Shown here piece after piece: positions 1-7,988 of a stretch of DNA of 36,739 nt. Below the pieces are notes generated by a model that saw nothing but the letters and a program-made list of their open reading frames with translations, had not been told where the DNA came from and searched no databases. The stretch comes from Desulfovibrionaceae bacterium UBA6814 (GTDB lineage: Bacteria > Desulfobacterota > Desulfovibrionia > Desulfovibrionales > Desulfovibrionaceae). Location of the stretch: assembly GCA_002452635.1 (NCBI GenBank), contig DKEU01000237.1, positions 1 through 36,739 on the forward strand, given 5' to 3'. Position numbers and translations under genes: made by a program. Numbering within the stretch: position 1 is the first letter of the stretch; each line of letters starts with the position of its first letter.

Positions 1-1
1 C

Positions 2-364
2 AACCCGGTGCTGGGCGACATCTGCACCACCCTGCGCGCGTCCATCTCCAGGCATTTCAAGGAGAAGGGCATGGACTTCACCCTGAAGTTCATCGACCCC
101 AGCTACATCATCCGCTCGGTGCCGGCCAACGCCAACGACCGGGTCTACTGCGGCCTCCTGGGCCAGCACGCGGTGCATGCGGCCATGTCCGGCAAGACCG
201 GCATGGTGGTGTCCATGATCCGGGGCAACTTCGTGCACCTGCCCCTGTCCCTGGTGGTGGGCGGCCGCCGCCGCATCAACGTGAACTCCGACTTCTGGCG
301 CGCGGTCATGGAGTCCACGGGCCAGCTCATGTACATGAACCACTGCCGGGCCGACGCCTCCTGA
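2..364 (+). CDS. 6-phosphofructokinase family protein (ATP- or PPi-dependent), C-terminal fragment; the 5' end lies outside the window
   Basis: The frame is open from the window edge to TGA 362-364. The tail FIDPSYIIRSVPANANDRVYCGLLGQHAVHAAMSGKTGMVV resembles the conserved C-terminal region of PFK-family enzymes as I recall it. Confidence 0.75.
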   Translation, partial: NPVLGDICTTLRASISRHFKEKGMDFTLKFIDPSYIIRSVPANANDRVYCGLLGQHAVHAAMSGKTGMVVSMIRGNFVHLPLSLVVGGRRRINVNSDFWRAVMESTGQLMYMNHCRADAS

Positions 365-372
365 GCCGCCCC

Positions 373-1923
373 GTGCCCAGCCTGCACCATGCGACGGACC
401 GCCACGTCACCATCGATCGCCGCCCCGGCCACTACCTGAGCTTCCCGGACGTGGCGCTCACCCGCGACGGCCGGCTCCTGTGCGCCTACCAGCAGTCCGA
501 CGTGCACGTGGCCACCCGGCGCGCCCTGCTCCTGGCCGAGAGCCCGGACCTGGGCGCCACCTGGTCCGCGCCCCGGTACCTCAATTCCACGGCCGCGCAC
601 TGCCCCCGGATCACCGTGCTGGAAGACGGCGAGGCGCTCATCATAGACGGCAGCCTCTACCGGTCCCTGGACCACGGCGCGACCTTCGCCGCCGCGCCCC
701 TGATCGGATTCACCCACGACATGCCGGACCGCATCATCCACCTGGGCGGGGACCGGTTCTACACCACCGGCCACACCCACCGCGGAACCATCCCCCAGCC
801 CTTTATCCGCCAAGCCCCAGCCGAGCAGATGGGCTACCTGTCCGAGAACCGCGGAGGTGCCTGGACCCCGTTCTCGATCCTGGCCTGCGAGCGCAACCTG
901 GTGCTTTGCGAGGCATCGGTCATCCGGATGCCCGACGGCCGGCTGCTCGCCCTGCTGCGCGAGAACAGCGGGGCGTTCGAGCCCATGTACCGGGTGGAGA
1001 GTTCCGACCTGGGCCGCACCTGGAGCGCCCCTCTGCCTACTCCGCTCATCGGCCACCGGCCCTGCCTGGGCCTGACCTCGGCAGGCAAGCTCCTGGTCAC
1101 CTACCGGAACGTGGGACCGGACGGCGGAACCGCGGCCTGGCTGGGAGACCCGGATGAGCTGAAGAATTTCGCGGTGCACGGCCTGGCCCGGGACCCGGGC
1201 AATCCGCAGCTCACGGCCAAGGGCCTGGTCATCGCCACCAGGCGGGGTTTCCCCGGGCCGCAGCGGCCGGACGGCGACGCTGTGATCTACTCCTTGCGCC
1301 CCATAACCGACCTGGACCGGGCCACCGCCGAACTCACGGTGCGGGTCAAGGTCGGGGCCGGCGGAGAGAACGCCTGCGCGGTGCGCCTGGGCTGCTGGTG
1401 GCGCATCCGGCCCGACCGCCTGGTGGCGGACGTGGCCCAGCCCCCGGACATCCCCCTGGCTCCGCGCCGGTTCCACGACCTTCGCTTCACATACTCGGCC
1501 GGAACCGTGACCGTACACGTGGACAACGAGCGGCGGGCCAAGGTACGGGTGGAGCAGACCGCCATGGCGCGCCGCATCCTCCTGGGCAACGCCCCGGGCA
1601 AGGACGGCCAGGAGGGACGCAGCACCTGGACCCATATCACCCTCAAGATACGCGAACCGCGCCAGGGCCGCACCTACGCCTGGTCCTGGGCCCACACCCA
1701 GGGCCTGCCCGACGCCTGGGCGCGGGCCAACGTGCTGGAGCTGGCCAACGGCTGCTTCGCCAACCCCGGGGATTTCGGCTACTCGGGCTGGGTGGAGCTA
1801 CCCGACGGGCGCTTCTTCTGCGCCTACCACCACGCCGAGGGGACGGACCCCGGCTATGCCGAGGGCCGCTCCGCGCACATCAGGGGAACATGGTTCACTG
1901 CCGACGACTTCTCCTCTGCCTAG
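373..1923 (+). CDS. BNR/sialidase-like beta-propeller protein with an inserted jelly-roll (LamG/concanavalin-like) segment
   Basis: 516-codon ORF starting at GTG 373. It has Asp-box-like motifs SPDLGATWS, SLDHGATF and SSDLGRTWS. The central stretch FHDLRFTYSAGTVTVHVDNERRAKV looks like a lectin-fold insert. Codon usage matches the host. The start codon is not certain. Confidence 0.7.
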   Translation: MPSLHHATDRHVTIDRRPGHYLSFPDVALTRDGRLLCAYQQSDVHVATRRALLLAESPDLGATWSAPRYLNSTAAHCPRITVLEDGEALIIDGSLYRSLDHGATFAAAPLIGFTHDMPDRIIHLGGDRFYTTGHTHRGTIPQPFIRQAPAEQMGYLSENRGGAWTPFSILACERNLVLCEASVIRMPDGRLLALLRENSGAFEPMYRVESSDLGRTWSAPLPTPLIGHRPCLGLTSAGKLLVTYRNVGPDGGTAAWLGDPDELKNFAVHGLARDPGNPQLTAKGLVIATRRGFPGPQRPDGDAVIYSLRPITDLDRATAELTVRVKVGAGGENACAVRLGCWWRIRPDRLVADVAQPPDIPLAPRRFHDLRFTYSAGTVTVHVDNERRAKVRVEQTAMARRILLGNAPGKDGQEGRSTWTHITLKIREPRQGRTYAWSWAHTQGLPDAWARANVLELANGCFANPGDFGYSGWVELPDGRFFCAYHHAEGTDPGYAEGRSAHIRGTWFTADDFSSA

Positions 1924-2315
1924 GCCTGCTGGCCCTCTGGGCCCTCCCGGCCTCCCCGGCCCTGGCCAACGGCGCGGCCCTGGCCCACGCCGCCCGGGAA
2001 GGCGAGGAACAGGTCCAGGTGCTCCTGCCCACCGAGGCCTACGAGGCCCCGGCCATCGAGGTCCTGGGCGGGCGCACGCCCCGGGTGGTGGTGGACTTCA
2101 GCGGCATCGCGGCCTGGGACGGGCCGGATTTCCTGGAGGTGGGCTCGCCCCTGGTGCGCCGGGTGCGGGCCTGGCTGCACGGCGACGAGAAGCGCCTGCG
2201 GGTGGTCCTGGACCTGGCCGAGGACCCCGCGCGGCTGCTGGTGACCCATACCTACGAGCCCGCCCCGGGCGGGGTGCGCGCCGTGCTCATCCTGCTCCCG
2301 GTGGGACCCCGCTGA
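1890..2315 (+). CDS. Secreted AMIN-domain protein
   Basis: ATG 1890 is in frame with the 1398-2315 ORF. The signal peptide is MVHCRRLLLCLGLLALWALPASPALA. The AMIN-like pattern is PRVVVDFSG ... VRRVRAWLH ... LRVVLDL. It overlaps the upstream gene by 34 nt. Confidence 0.55.
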   Translation: MVHCRRLLLCLGLLALWALPASPALANGAALAHAAREGEEQVQVLLPTEAYEAPAIEVLGGRTPRVVVDFSGIAAWDGPDFLEVGSPLVRRVRAWLHGDEKRLRVVLDLAEDPARLLVTHTYEPAPGGVRAVLILLPVGPR

Positions 2316-2384
2316 CGCCCTTTACCCGCGCCCGGATTTCAGGTACGCCCCTGCCTCTCCCATCGTCTTCCTGCGAGTTTCATT

Positions 2385-2966
2385 ATGCACAGCATTTGCG
2401 TCTTCCTCGGCTCCAATCCCGGCTTTGACCCGCGCTTTGCCCAGGCCGCCCAGGACATGGGCCGCGAACTGGCCCGGCGCGGCCTGACCCTGGTCTACGG
2501 CGGCTCCAACGTGGGGCTCATGGGCCTGTTGGCCGACACCGTGCTGCAGGCCGGGGGCACGGCCATCGGGGTCATCCCCGCGGCGCTGCGCGACAAGGAG
2601 ATCGCCCACGCCGGGCTCACCGAGCTGCACGTGGTGGACTCCATGCACCAGCGCAAGGCGCTCATGGCCGAGCTGTCCGACGGCTTCGCGGCCCTGCCCG
2701 GGGGCATGGGCACCCTGGAGGAGCTGTGCGAGGTGCTCACCTGGGGCCAGCTCGGATTCCACGCCAAGCCCTGCGGGGTGCTGAACGTGAACGGCTACTG
2801 GCAGGACCTGGCCCGGTTCCTGGAGACCATGGTGCAGAACGGGTTCCTGCACCCGTCGCACCGGGACATGCTCCTGGCCGCGGACACCCCGGCCGGGCTC
2901 CTGGACGCCTTTGCCGCCTACGTCCCGCCCCGGGCCAAGAAATGGCTCTCGGCCAAGGAACTGTAG
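2385..2966 (+). CDS. LOG-family protein (cytokinin riboside 5'-monophosphate phosphoribohydrolase / nucleotide nucleosidase type)
   Basis: 193 aa. It has the hallmark motifs LVYGGSNVGLMG and PGGMGTLEEL (PGGxGTxxE). The stop is TAG 2964-2966. Confidence 0.9.
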   Translation: MHSICVFLGSNPGFDPRFAQAAQDMGRELARRGLTLVYGGSNVGLMGLLADTVLQAGGTAIGVIPAALRDKEIAHAGLTELHVVDSMHQRKALMAELSDGFAALPGGMGTLEELCEVLTWGQLGFHAKPCGVLNVNGYWQDLARFLETMVQNGFLHPSHRDMLLAADTPAGLLDAFAAYVPPRAKKWLSAKEL

Positions 2967-2972
2967 GCGCCG

Positions 2973-3000
2973 TTGACAATTTCCCGCTGCGGCATAGCAT
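2973..3000 (+). promoter_or_regulatory. Sigma70-type promoter candidate upstream of the phospholipase-C-like gene
   Basis: A perfect -35 TTGACA (2973-2978) is followed by a 16-nt spacer and a -10-like TAGCAT (2995-3000). It lies 30 nt upstream of ATG 3030. Confidence 0.4.
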
Positions 3001-3029
3001 GTAAGAACGGGTCACCCGGCCACACGCCC

Positions 3030-3971
3030 ATGCGCATGATACTCTTCGCCCTGGCGGCGCTCTTCGCGGTCATCCTGCTGCCGGCCACCGACGCCCTGGC
3101 TTGGGGTCCGGGAGTGCACCTGGCGGTCGGGGATTACCTGCTGGGCAACCTGGACCTGCTGCCCGAGATGGCCGCCCGGATCCTGGCCGCGGACCCCCGG
3201 GGCTTCCTGTACGGCGCCCTGTCCCCGGACATCTTCCTGGGCAAGGGCTGCCGGATGAAGCCCGCGCACAGCCACAACTGGGCCACGGCCCGGGCGGTGC
3301 ACGACCAGGCCGACACCCTGCACCTGGCGGCCCACGCCCTGGGCTACCTCACCCACCTGGCCGCGGACGTGGTGGCGCACAACTACTACGTGCCCAACCT
3401 GCTGGCCTCGGTGCCGGTGGGCGGCCGGCTGCCCCACGTGTACCTGGAGATGCAGGCCGACGCCTGGGTGGACTGGGACGCGTCCTTTGCCCGGCGGCTC
3501 CTGTCCCGGGGCCCGGAGCCCGCGGACTGGTCCATGGTCAAGGCCACGGGCAAGAACCGCTCCTTGTTCCTGCTGCGCAAGGAGCTGTTCAGCCGCAGCT
3601 TCCACCTCTGGGAATCGCCCCTGTCCGCGCGCTCCCTGCGCCTGGCCGAACGCCGCCTGCCCCTGCTCGGCAACCGCGAGCTCATGCACAGCATGTTCGA
3701 CCTGGCCCTGGACCTGGCCACCCACGTGCTCCAGGACCCGGAACACTCCCCGGTGCTGGACTTCGACCCCATCGGCAGCCGCAACCTGCGCCGCGCCGGC
3801 CGGCTCTCCCGCTCCCTGCGCCGGGCCTGGCGGCGCGACCAGGAGCTGGCCTTCCCGGTGGCCCCCATGCTCCTGGAGCTGCACGAGTCCATGCGCGATG
3901 CGGACCACAAGCGGCCCTACCCGTTCCTGGCCACCCCGGAACAGACGGGGACAGAGGCCGTGCTCTCGTGA
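3030..3971 (+). CDS. Secreted zinc-dependent phospholipase C family protein
   Basis: ATG 3030 is in frame with the 2973 ORF. The signal peptide MRMILFALAALFAVILLPATDALA is followed by WGPGVH. A mature N-terminal Trp plus His is the zinc-ligand arrangement of the Zn-PLC fold. Additional motifs are HSHNW and YLTHLAADVVAHNYY. Confidence 0.65.
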   Translation: MRMILFALAALFAVILLPATDALAWGPGVHLAVGDYLLGNLDLLPEMAARILAADPRGFLYGALSPDIFLGKGCRMKPAHSHNWATARAVHDQADTLHLAAHALGYLTHLAADVVAHNYYVPNLLASVPVGGRLPHVYLEMQADAWVDWDASFARRLLSRGPEPADWSMVKATGKNRSLFLLRKELFSRSFHLWESPLSARSLRLAERRLPLLGNRELMHSMFDLALDLATHVLQDPEHSPVLDFDPIGSRNLRRAGRLSRSLRRAWRRDQELAFPVAPMLLELHESMRDADHKRPYPFLATPEQTGTEAVLS

Positions 3972-4462
3972 ACCAGGCCCGGCGGACGGCCCGCTACCTG
4001 CGGGCCACGCCCCTGCCCCATGTCGCGGCCGGCCTGTGCCTGGCCGCGTGCCTCGGCCTGGCCGCCCTGGCCCTGCGCCTCGCCCCCTCCCACCCGTTGG
4101 AGTCTGCGGCCCTGGCCGGCCTGGCCGCAGTCTGGCTGGGCCTGGGCCTGGTGGCCCTGGCCGACGGCCTGGCCCGCTTCCGGGAGTTCGTGCGCCTGCG
4201 CCGGATGCTCGCGCGCTACGGGTTCCGGCCCCGCATCCTGCGCCCGGCCGCGGGCTCGCGCTGCCAGCGCGACGCGGCCTTGGCCGCGGCAACCGAGGCC
4301 GGATGCGCAGCCGAGGCCCGGGCCTATTTCCGCAGCCTGGGCTACACCCCGCTCCACCTGGTCCCGGACCGGGTGGCCGCCGCGCCGCAACTGTTGCTCT
4401 CCCCGGCCTTCGTGGCCGAGACCTTCCTCCCGCGCCGGCGCAGCTCCCGCCGCACCGGCTGA
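3968..4462 (+). CDS. Hypothetical membrane protein (two predicted TM helices)
   Basis: GTG 3968 overlaps the upstream stop (GTGA). Hydrophobic stretches AAGLCLAACLGLAALAL and LAGLAAVWLGLGLVALA are present. It sits in frame within the 3101-4462 ORF. I recognise no family. Confidence 0.45.
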   Translation: MNQARRTARYLRATPLPHVAAGLCLAACLGLAALALRLAPSHPLESAALAGLAAVWLGLGLVALADGLARFREFVRLRRMLARYGFRPRILRPAAGSRCQRDAALAAATEAGCAAEARAYFRSLGYTPLHLVPDRVAAAPQLLLSPAFVAETFLPRRRSSRRTG

Positions 4463-4487
4463 GCCGCCCCGGGTCCCAGGACACGCC

Positions 4488-4940
4488 GTGCACCTCTACG
4501 CCGACGCCGACGCCCTGCCCACGCCCATCAAGGAGATACTCTTCCGCGCGGCCCAGCGCCTGCGCATGCGGCTGACCCTGGTGGCCAACAAGACCCTGGC
4601 CGTGCCCGAGTCCGAGTTCATCGACGCCGTCCGGGTGGGCCAGGGCTTCGACGTGGTGGATGCGGTGATCGCGGAGCGCGTGGCCCCGGGCGACCTGGTG
4701 GTCACCCAGGACATCCCCCTGGCCGCCCAGGTCATCGCCAAGGACGCCCACGCCCTGAGCCCCCGGGGCGAGGTGTTCAGCAAGGACAACATCCAGGGCC
4801 GCCTGGCCATGCGCAACCTGCTCTCGGAACTGCGCGACGGCGGCGTGGTGACCGGGGGCCCCGCGCCCCTGAGCCGACGGGATATCGAGGGGTTCGCCAA
4901 CCAGTTCAACCAGTTGGTGAGCCGGCTCCGCAACGCGTGA
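4488..4940 (+). CDS. yaiI: YaiI/YqxD family protein (UPF0178/DUF188)
   Basis: The GTG 4488 start gives 150 aa beginning VHLYADADALP, the typical UPF0178 N-terminus (xIWVDADACP). The length fits the family. Confidence 0.75.
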   Translation: MHLYADADALPTPIKEILFRAAQRLRMRLTLVANKTLAVPESEFIDAVRVGQGFDVVDAVIAERVAPGDLVVTQDIPLAAQVIAKDAHALSPRGEVFSKDNIQGRLAMRNLLSELRDGGVVTGGPAPLSRRDIEGFANQFNQLVSRLRNA

Positions 4941-4948
4941 GCCGACCG

Positions 4949-4967
4949 GGGACCGCGGCACGGTCCC
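4949..4967. terminator. Weak hairpin between convergent genes
   Basis: GGGACCG (4949-4955) and CGGTCCC (4961-4967) form a 7-bp stem with a 5-nt loop. There is no clear U-tract. Confidence 0.25.
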
Positions 4968-4992
4968 TATCCAATCGGCCCCCGCATGGGCC

Positions 4993-5532
4993 CTATTGCA
5001 TGGGAATCACGAATTCCTTGGCAAAGCGGCGGAAGGTGTCGCGGTGCCAGTCGTGCAGGTCGGCCCAGTCCGCGCTGTAGGTGAGGACCACGAACACCGT
5101 AGCCTGCTCGGCCACGGCCACCGTGGCGCGGGGCCCGAGGGCCGGGGCGGCCAGGTCCAGAGTGCGGGCCGCGAAGTTCCGGGCAAAGGGGATGTCCAGG
5201 CCCCAGTCCGCGCTGTACGTGTCGCCGTGCCGCTTCTTGAACCGGTTGATCTCGGCCTGCCACAGGTCGTTCAGGGAGATGTCCGAGCGGAACACCACCC
5301 GCACCCGGATGGACACCGGCGCGCTGGCCGGGTCGTCCTTCTCCGGCGTGAGCAGGGCCCGCACGTCCGCGTCCCCCGCATCCTTGAAAAAGAAGCACCA
5401 CCCGCTGGGCGCGGTCAACATGTACCCGAACCCCGGCCCGGTCACCGCCCCGCCGTCGGTGCACTCCCCGGCCAGGGCCGGCGAGGCCAGCAGAAGAAAA
5501 GCCGCCATGGCGGCCAGCAGCATCCTGCGCAT
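4993..5532 (-). CDS. Secreted hypothetical protein
   Basis: ATG at 5532 gives 179 aa. The signal peptide is MRRMLLAAMAAFLLLASPALAGEC. The composition is non-artefactual (F, W, D, K rich). I recognise no family. Confidence 0.6.
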   Translation of the reverse strand: MRRMLLAAMAAFLLLASPALAGECTDGGAVTGPGFGYMLTAPSGWCFFFKDAGDADVRALLTPEKDDPASAPVSIRVRVVFRSDISLNDLWQAEINRFKKRHGDTYSADWGLDIPFARNFAARTLDLAAPALGPRATVAVAEQATVFVVLTYSADWADLHDWHRDTFRRFAKEFVIPMQ

Positions 5533-5537
5533 CCGTC

Positions 5538-5954
5538 CTACTCCCCGATGATCTTGATGAGCACCCGCTTCTTCCGGCGGCCGTCGAATTCGCCGTAGAA
5601 TATCTGCTCCCAGGTGCCGAAGTCCAGGCGGCCTTCGGTGATGGCCACCACCACCTCGCGGCCCATGATCTGGCGCTTCATGTGGGCGTCGGCGTTGTCC
5701 TCGCCGCGGTTGTGGCGGTAGCCGGAAACCGGCTCGTGGGGCGCGAGCTTCTCCAGCCAGACCTCGTAGTCGTGGTGCAGGCCGGACTCGTCGTCGTTGA
5801 TGAACACGCTGGCCGTGATGTGCATGGCGTTGACCAGGCACAGGCCCTCGCGCACGCCGCTGGCGCGCAGGGCCTCCTCCACCTGGGGGGTGATGTTCAC
5901 GAAGCCCCGGCGGGACGGAACGTTGAACCACAGTTCCTGGCGATACGATTTCAT
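5538..5954 (-). CDS. yjbQ: YjbQ family protein (UPF0047, secondary thiamine-phosphate synthase-like)
   Basis: ATG 5954 is preceded by GGGAGG. The 138-aa product contains FVNITPQV...[26 protein letters not shown]...NADAHMK, which is typical of YjbQ. Confidence 0.85.
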   Translation of the reverse strand: MKSYRQELWFNVPSRRGFVNITPQVEEALRASGVREGLCLVNAMHITASVFINDDESGLHHDYEVWLEKLAPHEPVSGYRHNRGEDNADAHMKRQIMGREVVVAITEGRLDFGTWEQIFYGEFDGRRKKRVLIKIIGE

Positions 5955-6019
5955 GCGGCCTCCCGGCTGTTTCCCCTGCACTACCCGCGGCCGGGCGTGA
6001 AATCAATCCGGCCCTGCGG

Positions 6020-6601
6020 CTAGTCGGGAATCTCCGGCAGCCTCCGGCGTCGCCGGGCGCGCCAGTAGTTCAGGAGCCAGACCAGGAGGCCCAGCCCGGC
6101 CAGGCCGCCGAACACCCACAGCTCGTATTTCTTGAGCTTGCCCAGGAAGAGCTCCAGGCCGGTTCCCAGGGCGTAGCCGCCCCAGGCCACGCTCGCCGCC
6201 CAGACAATCGCGCCCAGGAGATTGAGCACGAAGAAGGTGGGCACCCGCACCGGGCCCGCGCCGATGACGTAGGGCAGCACCGCGCGCAGGCCGTACAGGA
6301 AGCGGAACCCCAGCATCACCGGCACCCGGTGCCGGTCCAGCAGGCTGCCGGCCCGGACCATCTTGTCCCGCATGGTGGGGAAGCGCACCACGGGCCGGTT
6401 GCGGTGCCGCCGGCCCAGGAAGAAGAAGAACTGGTCCCCGAGCAGGCTGCCCAGCCCGCCCACCAGCATGACCCAGTGCAGCTCCAGGAACCCCCGCTTG
6501 GCCGCCAGCCCGGAGAGCACCATGATGGTCTCGCCCTCCAGGAAGGTGCCGATGAACAGGGCCAGGTAGCCGTAGTCCGTGACCAGTTGTTCCAGGCTCA
6601 A
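6020..6601 (-). CDS. DedA family inner-membrane protein
   Basis: The TTG 6601 start is preceded by GGGAGG plus a 6-nt spacer. The N-terminus LSLEQLVTDYGYLALFIGTFLEGETIMVLSG is the canonical DedA opening. The Arg-rich upstream extension to 6802 looks non-coding. Confidence 0.8.
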   Translation of the reverse strand: MSLEQLVTDYGYLALFIGTFLEGETIMVLSGLAAKRGFLELHWVMLVGGLGSLLGDQFFFFLGRRHRNRPVVRFPTMRDKMVRAGSLLDRHRVPVMLGFRFLYGLRAVLPYVIGAGPVRVPTFFVLNLLGAIVWAASVAWGGYALGTGLELFLGKLKKYELWVFGGLAGLGLLVWLLNYWRARRRRRLPEIPD

Positions 6602-6714
6602 CGCGCGCCTCCCGCCCCCTGCCCGCCGCTGCGGGCGCGGCGCAGCGCCTCGTCCAGCTTCCTGGCCTTGCCGCAGATCTCGCACCGCACGCGGGCGCTG
6701 TGGGACTCGTCCAT
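6598..6714 (-). CDS. Small ORF (38 aa) with a single CxxC, translationally coupled to dedA
   Basis: ATG 6714 is preceded by GGGAGG plus a 5-nt spacer. The product is MDESHSARVRCEICGKARKLDEALRRARSGGQGAGGAR. Its TGA overlaps the dedA TTG (TTGA). Confidence 0.35.
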   Translation of the reverse strand: MDESHSARVRCEICGKARKLDEALRRARSGGQGAGGAR

Positions 6715-6744
6715 GGCGACCTCCCTGTCTACGGCGGGACGGCG

Positions 6745-6773
6745 TTGCAACGGCCCGCCGGGCCGTGTAGTGT
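6745..6773 (+). promoter_or_regulatory. Sigma70-type promoter candidate for the DUF202/ZIP/GH3 gene run
   Basis: TTGCAA (6745-6750) is followed by a 17-nt spacer and TAGTGT (6768-6773). It lies 47 nt upstream of ATG 6820. Confidence 0.3.
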
Positions 6774-6819
6774 GCCTGGAGCCGGAAGACCCGGCAATGC
6801 AAGGAACACGGATAGCCTC

Positions 6820-7173
6820 ATGTCCCTGAACGCCCCCGACGTCAAGCCGCCCGACTGCCCGGAATCCGCGGCCATCGGCCAGGTGCAGCTCCTCCTGGCC
6901 GAAAAGCGCACCTCCCTGGCCGCCCTGCGCACCGGCATCGCGGTGTTCGCCCTGCCCCTGTCCGTGCTTGGGCTCCTGGTGGCCACGTCCAAATATTATG
7001 ACGCGGCCGAGGTGCTGCACTTCCTGCTGCCCTTGCTTGCGCTCTCCGCGGCCCTGGCCGCGCTGGGGGCCTGGCTGTGCGTGCGCGCGGCGCTGCGGCT
7101 GCGCCACGAGGACCGGCTCATCCGCCGCATCAAGGCCCGGTGCTCCAGCCTGGCCGAGCTCATCGAGGAGTGA
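6820..7173 (+). CDS. DUF202 (YidH-like) membrane protein
   Basis: ATG 6820 gives 117 aa. LAEKRTSLAALRTGIAVFALPL resembles the DUF202 signature (ANERTFLAWIRT). Two further TM helices follow. Confidence 0.55.
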   Translation: MSLNAPDVKPPDCPESAAIGQVQLLLAEKRTSLAALRTGIAVFALPLSVLGLLVATSKYYDAAEVLHFLLPLLALSAALAALGAWLCVRAALRLRHEDRLIRRIKARCSSLAELIEE

Positions 7174-7176
7174 CCC

Positions 7177-7983
7177 GTGGACTTCGCCTCCCTGTCCCCC
7201 GTGCTCCAGGCCTTCCTGGCCACCTGCTTCACCTGGGGCGTCACCGCCCTGGGCTCGGCCGTGGTGTTCCTGGCCAAGGACGTGTCCCGCAAGGTCCTGG
7301 ACGTGATGCTGGGCTTTGCGGCCGGGGTGATGATCGCGGCCAGCTACTGGTCGCTGCTGGCCCCGGCCATCGAGATGTCCGCGGACCTGGGCAAGTTCGC
7401 CTTCGTGCCCGCCCTGGTGGGCTTCGTGGCCGGCGCGGTGTTCCTGCGCCTGGTGGACCGGTTCCTGCCCCACCTGCACCTCAACGCCCCGCGCAGCGAG
7501 GCCGAGGGCGTGCAGGTGGAGTGGCAGCGCAGCGTGCTGCTGGTGCTGGCCATCACCCTGCACAACATCCCCGAGGGCCTGGCCGTGGGCGTGGCCTTCG
7601 GCGCGGTGGCCGCGGGCCTGCCCTCGGCGGACCTGGCCGGAGCCGTGGCCCTGGCCATCGGCATCGGCATCCAGAACTTCCCCGAGGGCACGGCGGTGTC
7701 CGTGCCCCTGCGCCGCAACGGCATGAGCCGCCTGAAGAGCTTCTGGTACGGCCAGCTCTCGGGCATCGTGGAGCCCATTGCCGGGGTGCTGGGGGCCATG
7801 GCCGTGCTGGTGGCCCGGCCGCTCCTGCCCTACGCCCTGGCCTTCGCCGCCGGGGCCATGATCTTCGTGGTGGTGGAGGAGGTCATCCCCGAGTCCCAGT
7901 CCTCGGGCTACGGCGACCAGGCCACCATGGGCGTGGTCTTCGGCTTCGCGGTGATGATGACCCTGGACGTGGCCCTGGGCTGA
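7177..7983 (+). CDS. ZIP family divalent-metal transporter (ZupT/GufA-like)
   Basis: GTG 7177 is preceded by GAGGAG. The motifs HNIPEGLAVG and QNFPEGTAV are typical of ZIP transporters. The protein has multiple TM helices. Confidence 0.9.
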   Translation: MDFASLSPVLQAFLATCFTWGVTALGSAVVFLAKDVSRKVLDVMLGFAAGVMIAASYWSLLAPAIEMSADLGKFAFVPALVGFVAGAVFLRLVDRFLPHLHLNAPRSEAEGVQVEWQRSVLLVLAITLHNIPEGLAVGVAFGAVAAGLPSADLAGAVALAIGIGIQNFPEGTAVSVPLRRNGMSRLKSFWYGQLSGIVEPIAGVLGAMAVLVARPLLPYALAFAAGAMIFVVVEEVIPESQSSGYGDQATMGVVFGFAVMMTLDVALG

Positions 7984-7988
7984 ACCGC

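Noticed and set aside
145-1695. 516-aa ORF antisense to the BNR/sialidase-like gene
   Set aside because: It mirrors the plus-strand gene. The product is Gly/Arg/Pro/Ala-rich with no recognisable motif, which is a typical high-GC antisense artefact.
2385-2966. LOG/SLOG-family gene considered as a defence-associated nucleotide-processing effector
   Set aside because: It is a stand-alone canonical LOG protein with host-like GC content and housekeeping neighbours. It has no associated sensor or effector genes.
3012-4961. 649-aa minus-strand ORF, and the 3101-4462, 3487-4575 and 4020-4940 plus-strand long ORFs
   Set aside because: The translations are low-complexity and Arg/Pro/Gly-rich. The region is better explained by three shorter plus-strand genes with recognisable features: the PLC-like gene, the membrane-protein gene and yaiI.
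6602-6802. Longer dedA reading frame starting at ATG 6802
   Set aside because: The extension is Arg-rich and unlike DedA N-termini. TTG 6601 with GGGAGG gives the canonical DedA opening, and the region is better explained by the small CxxC ORF in another frame.
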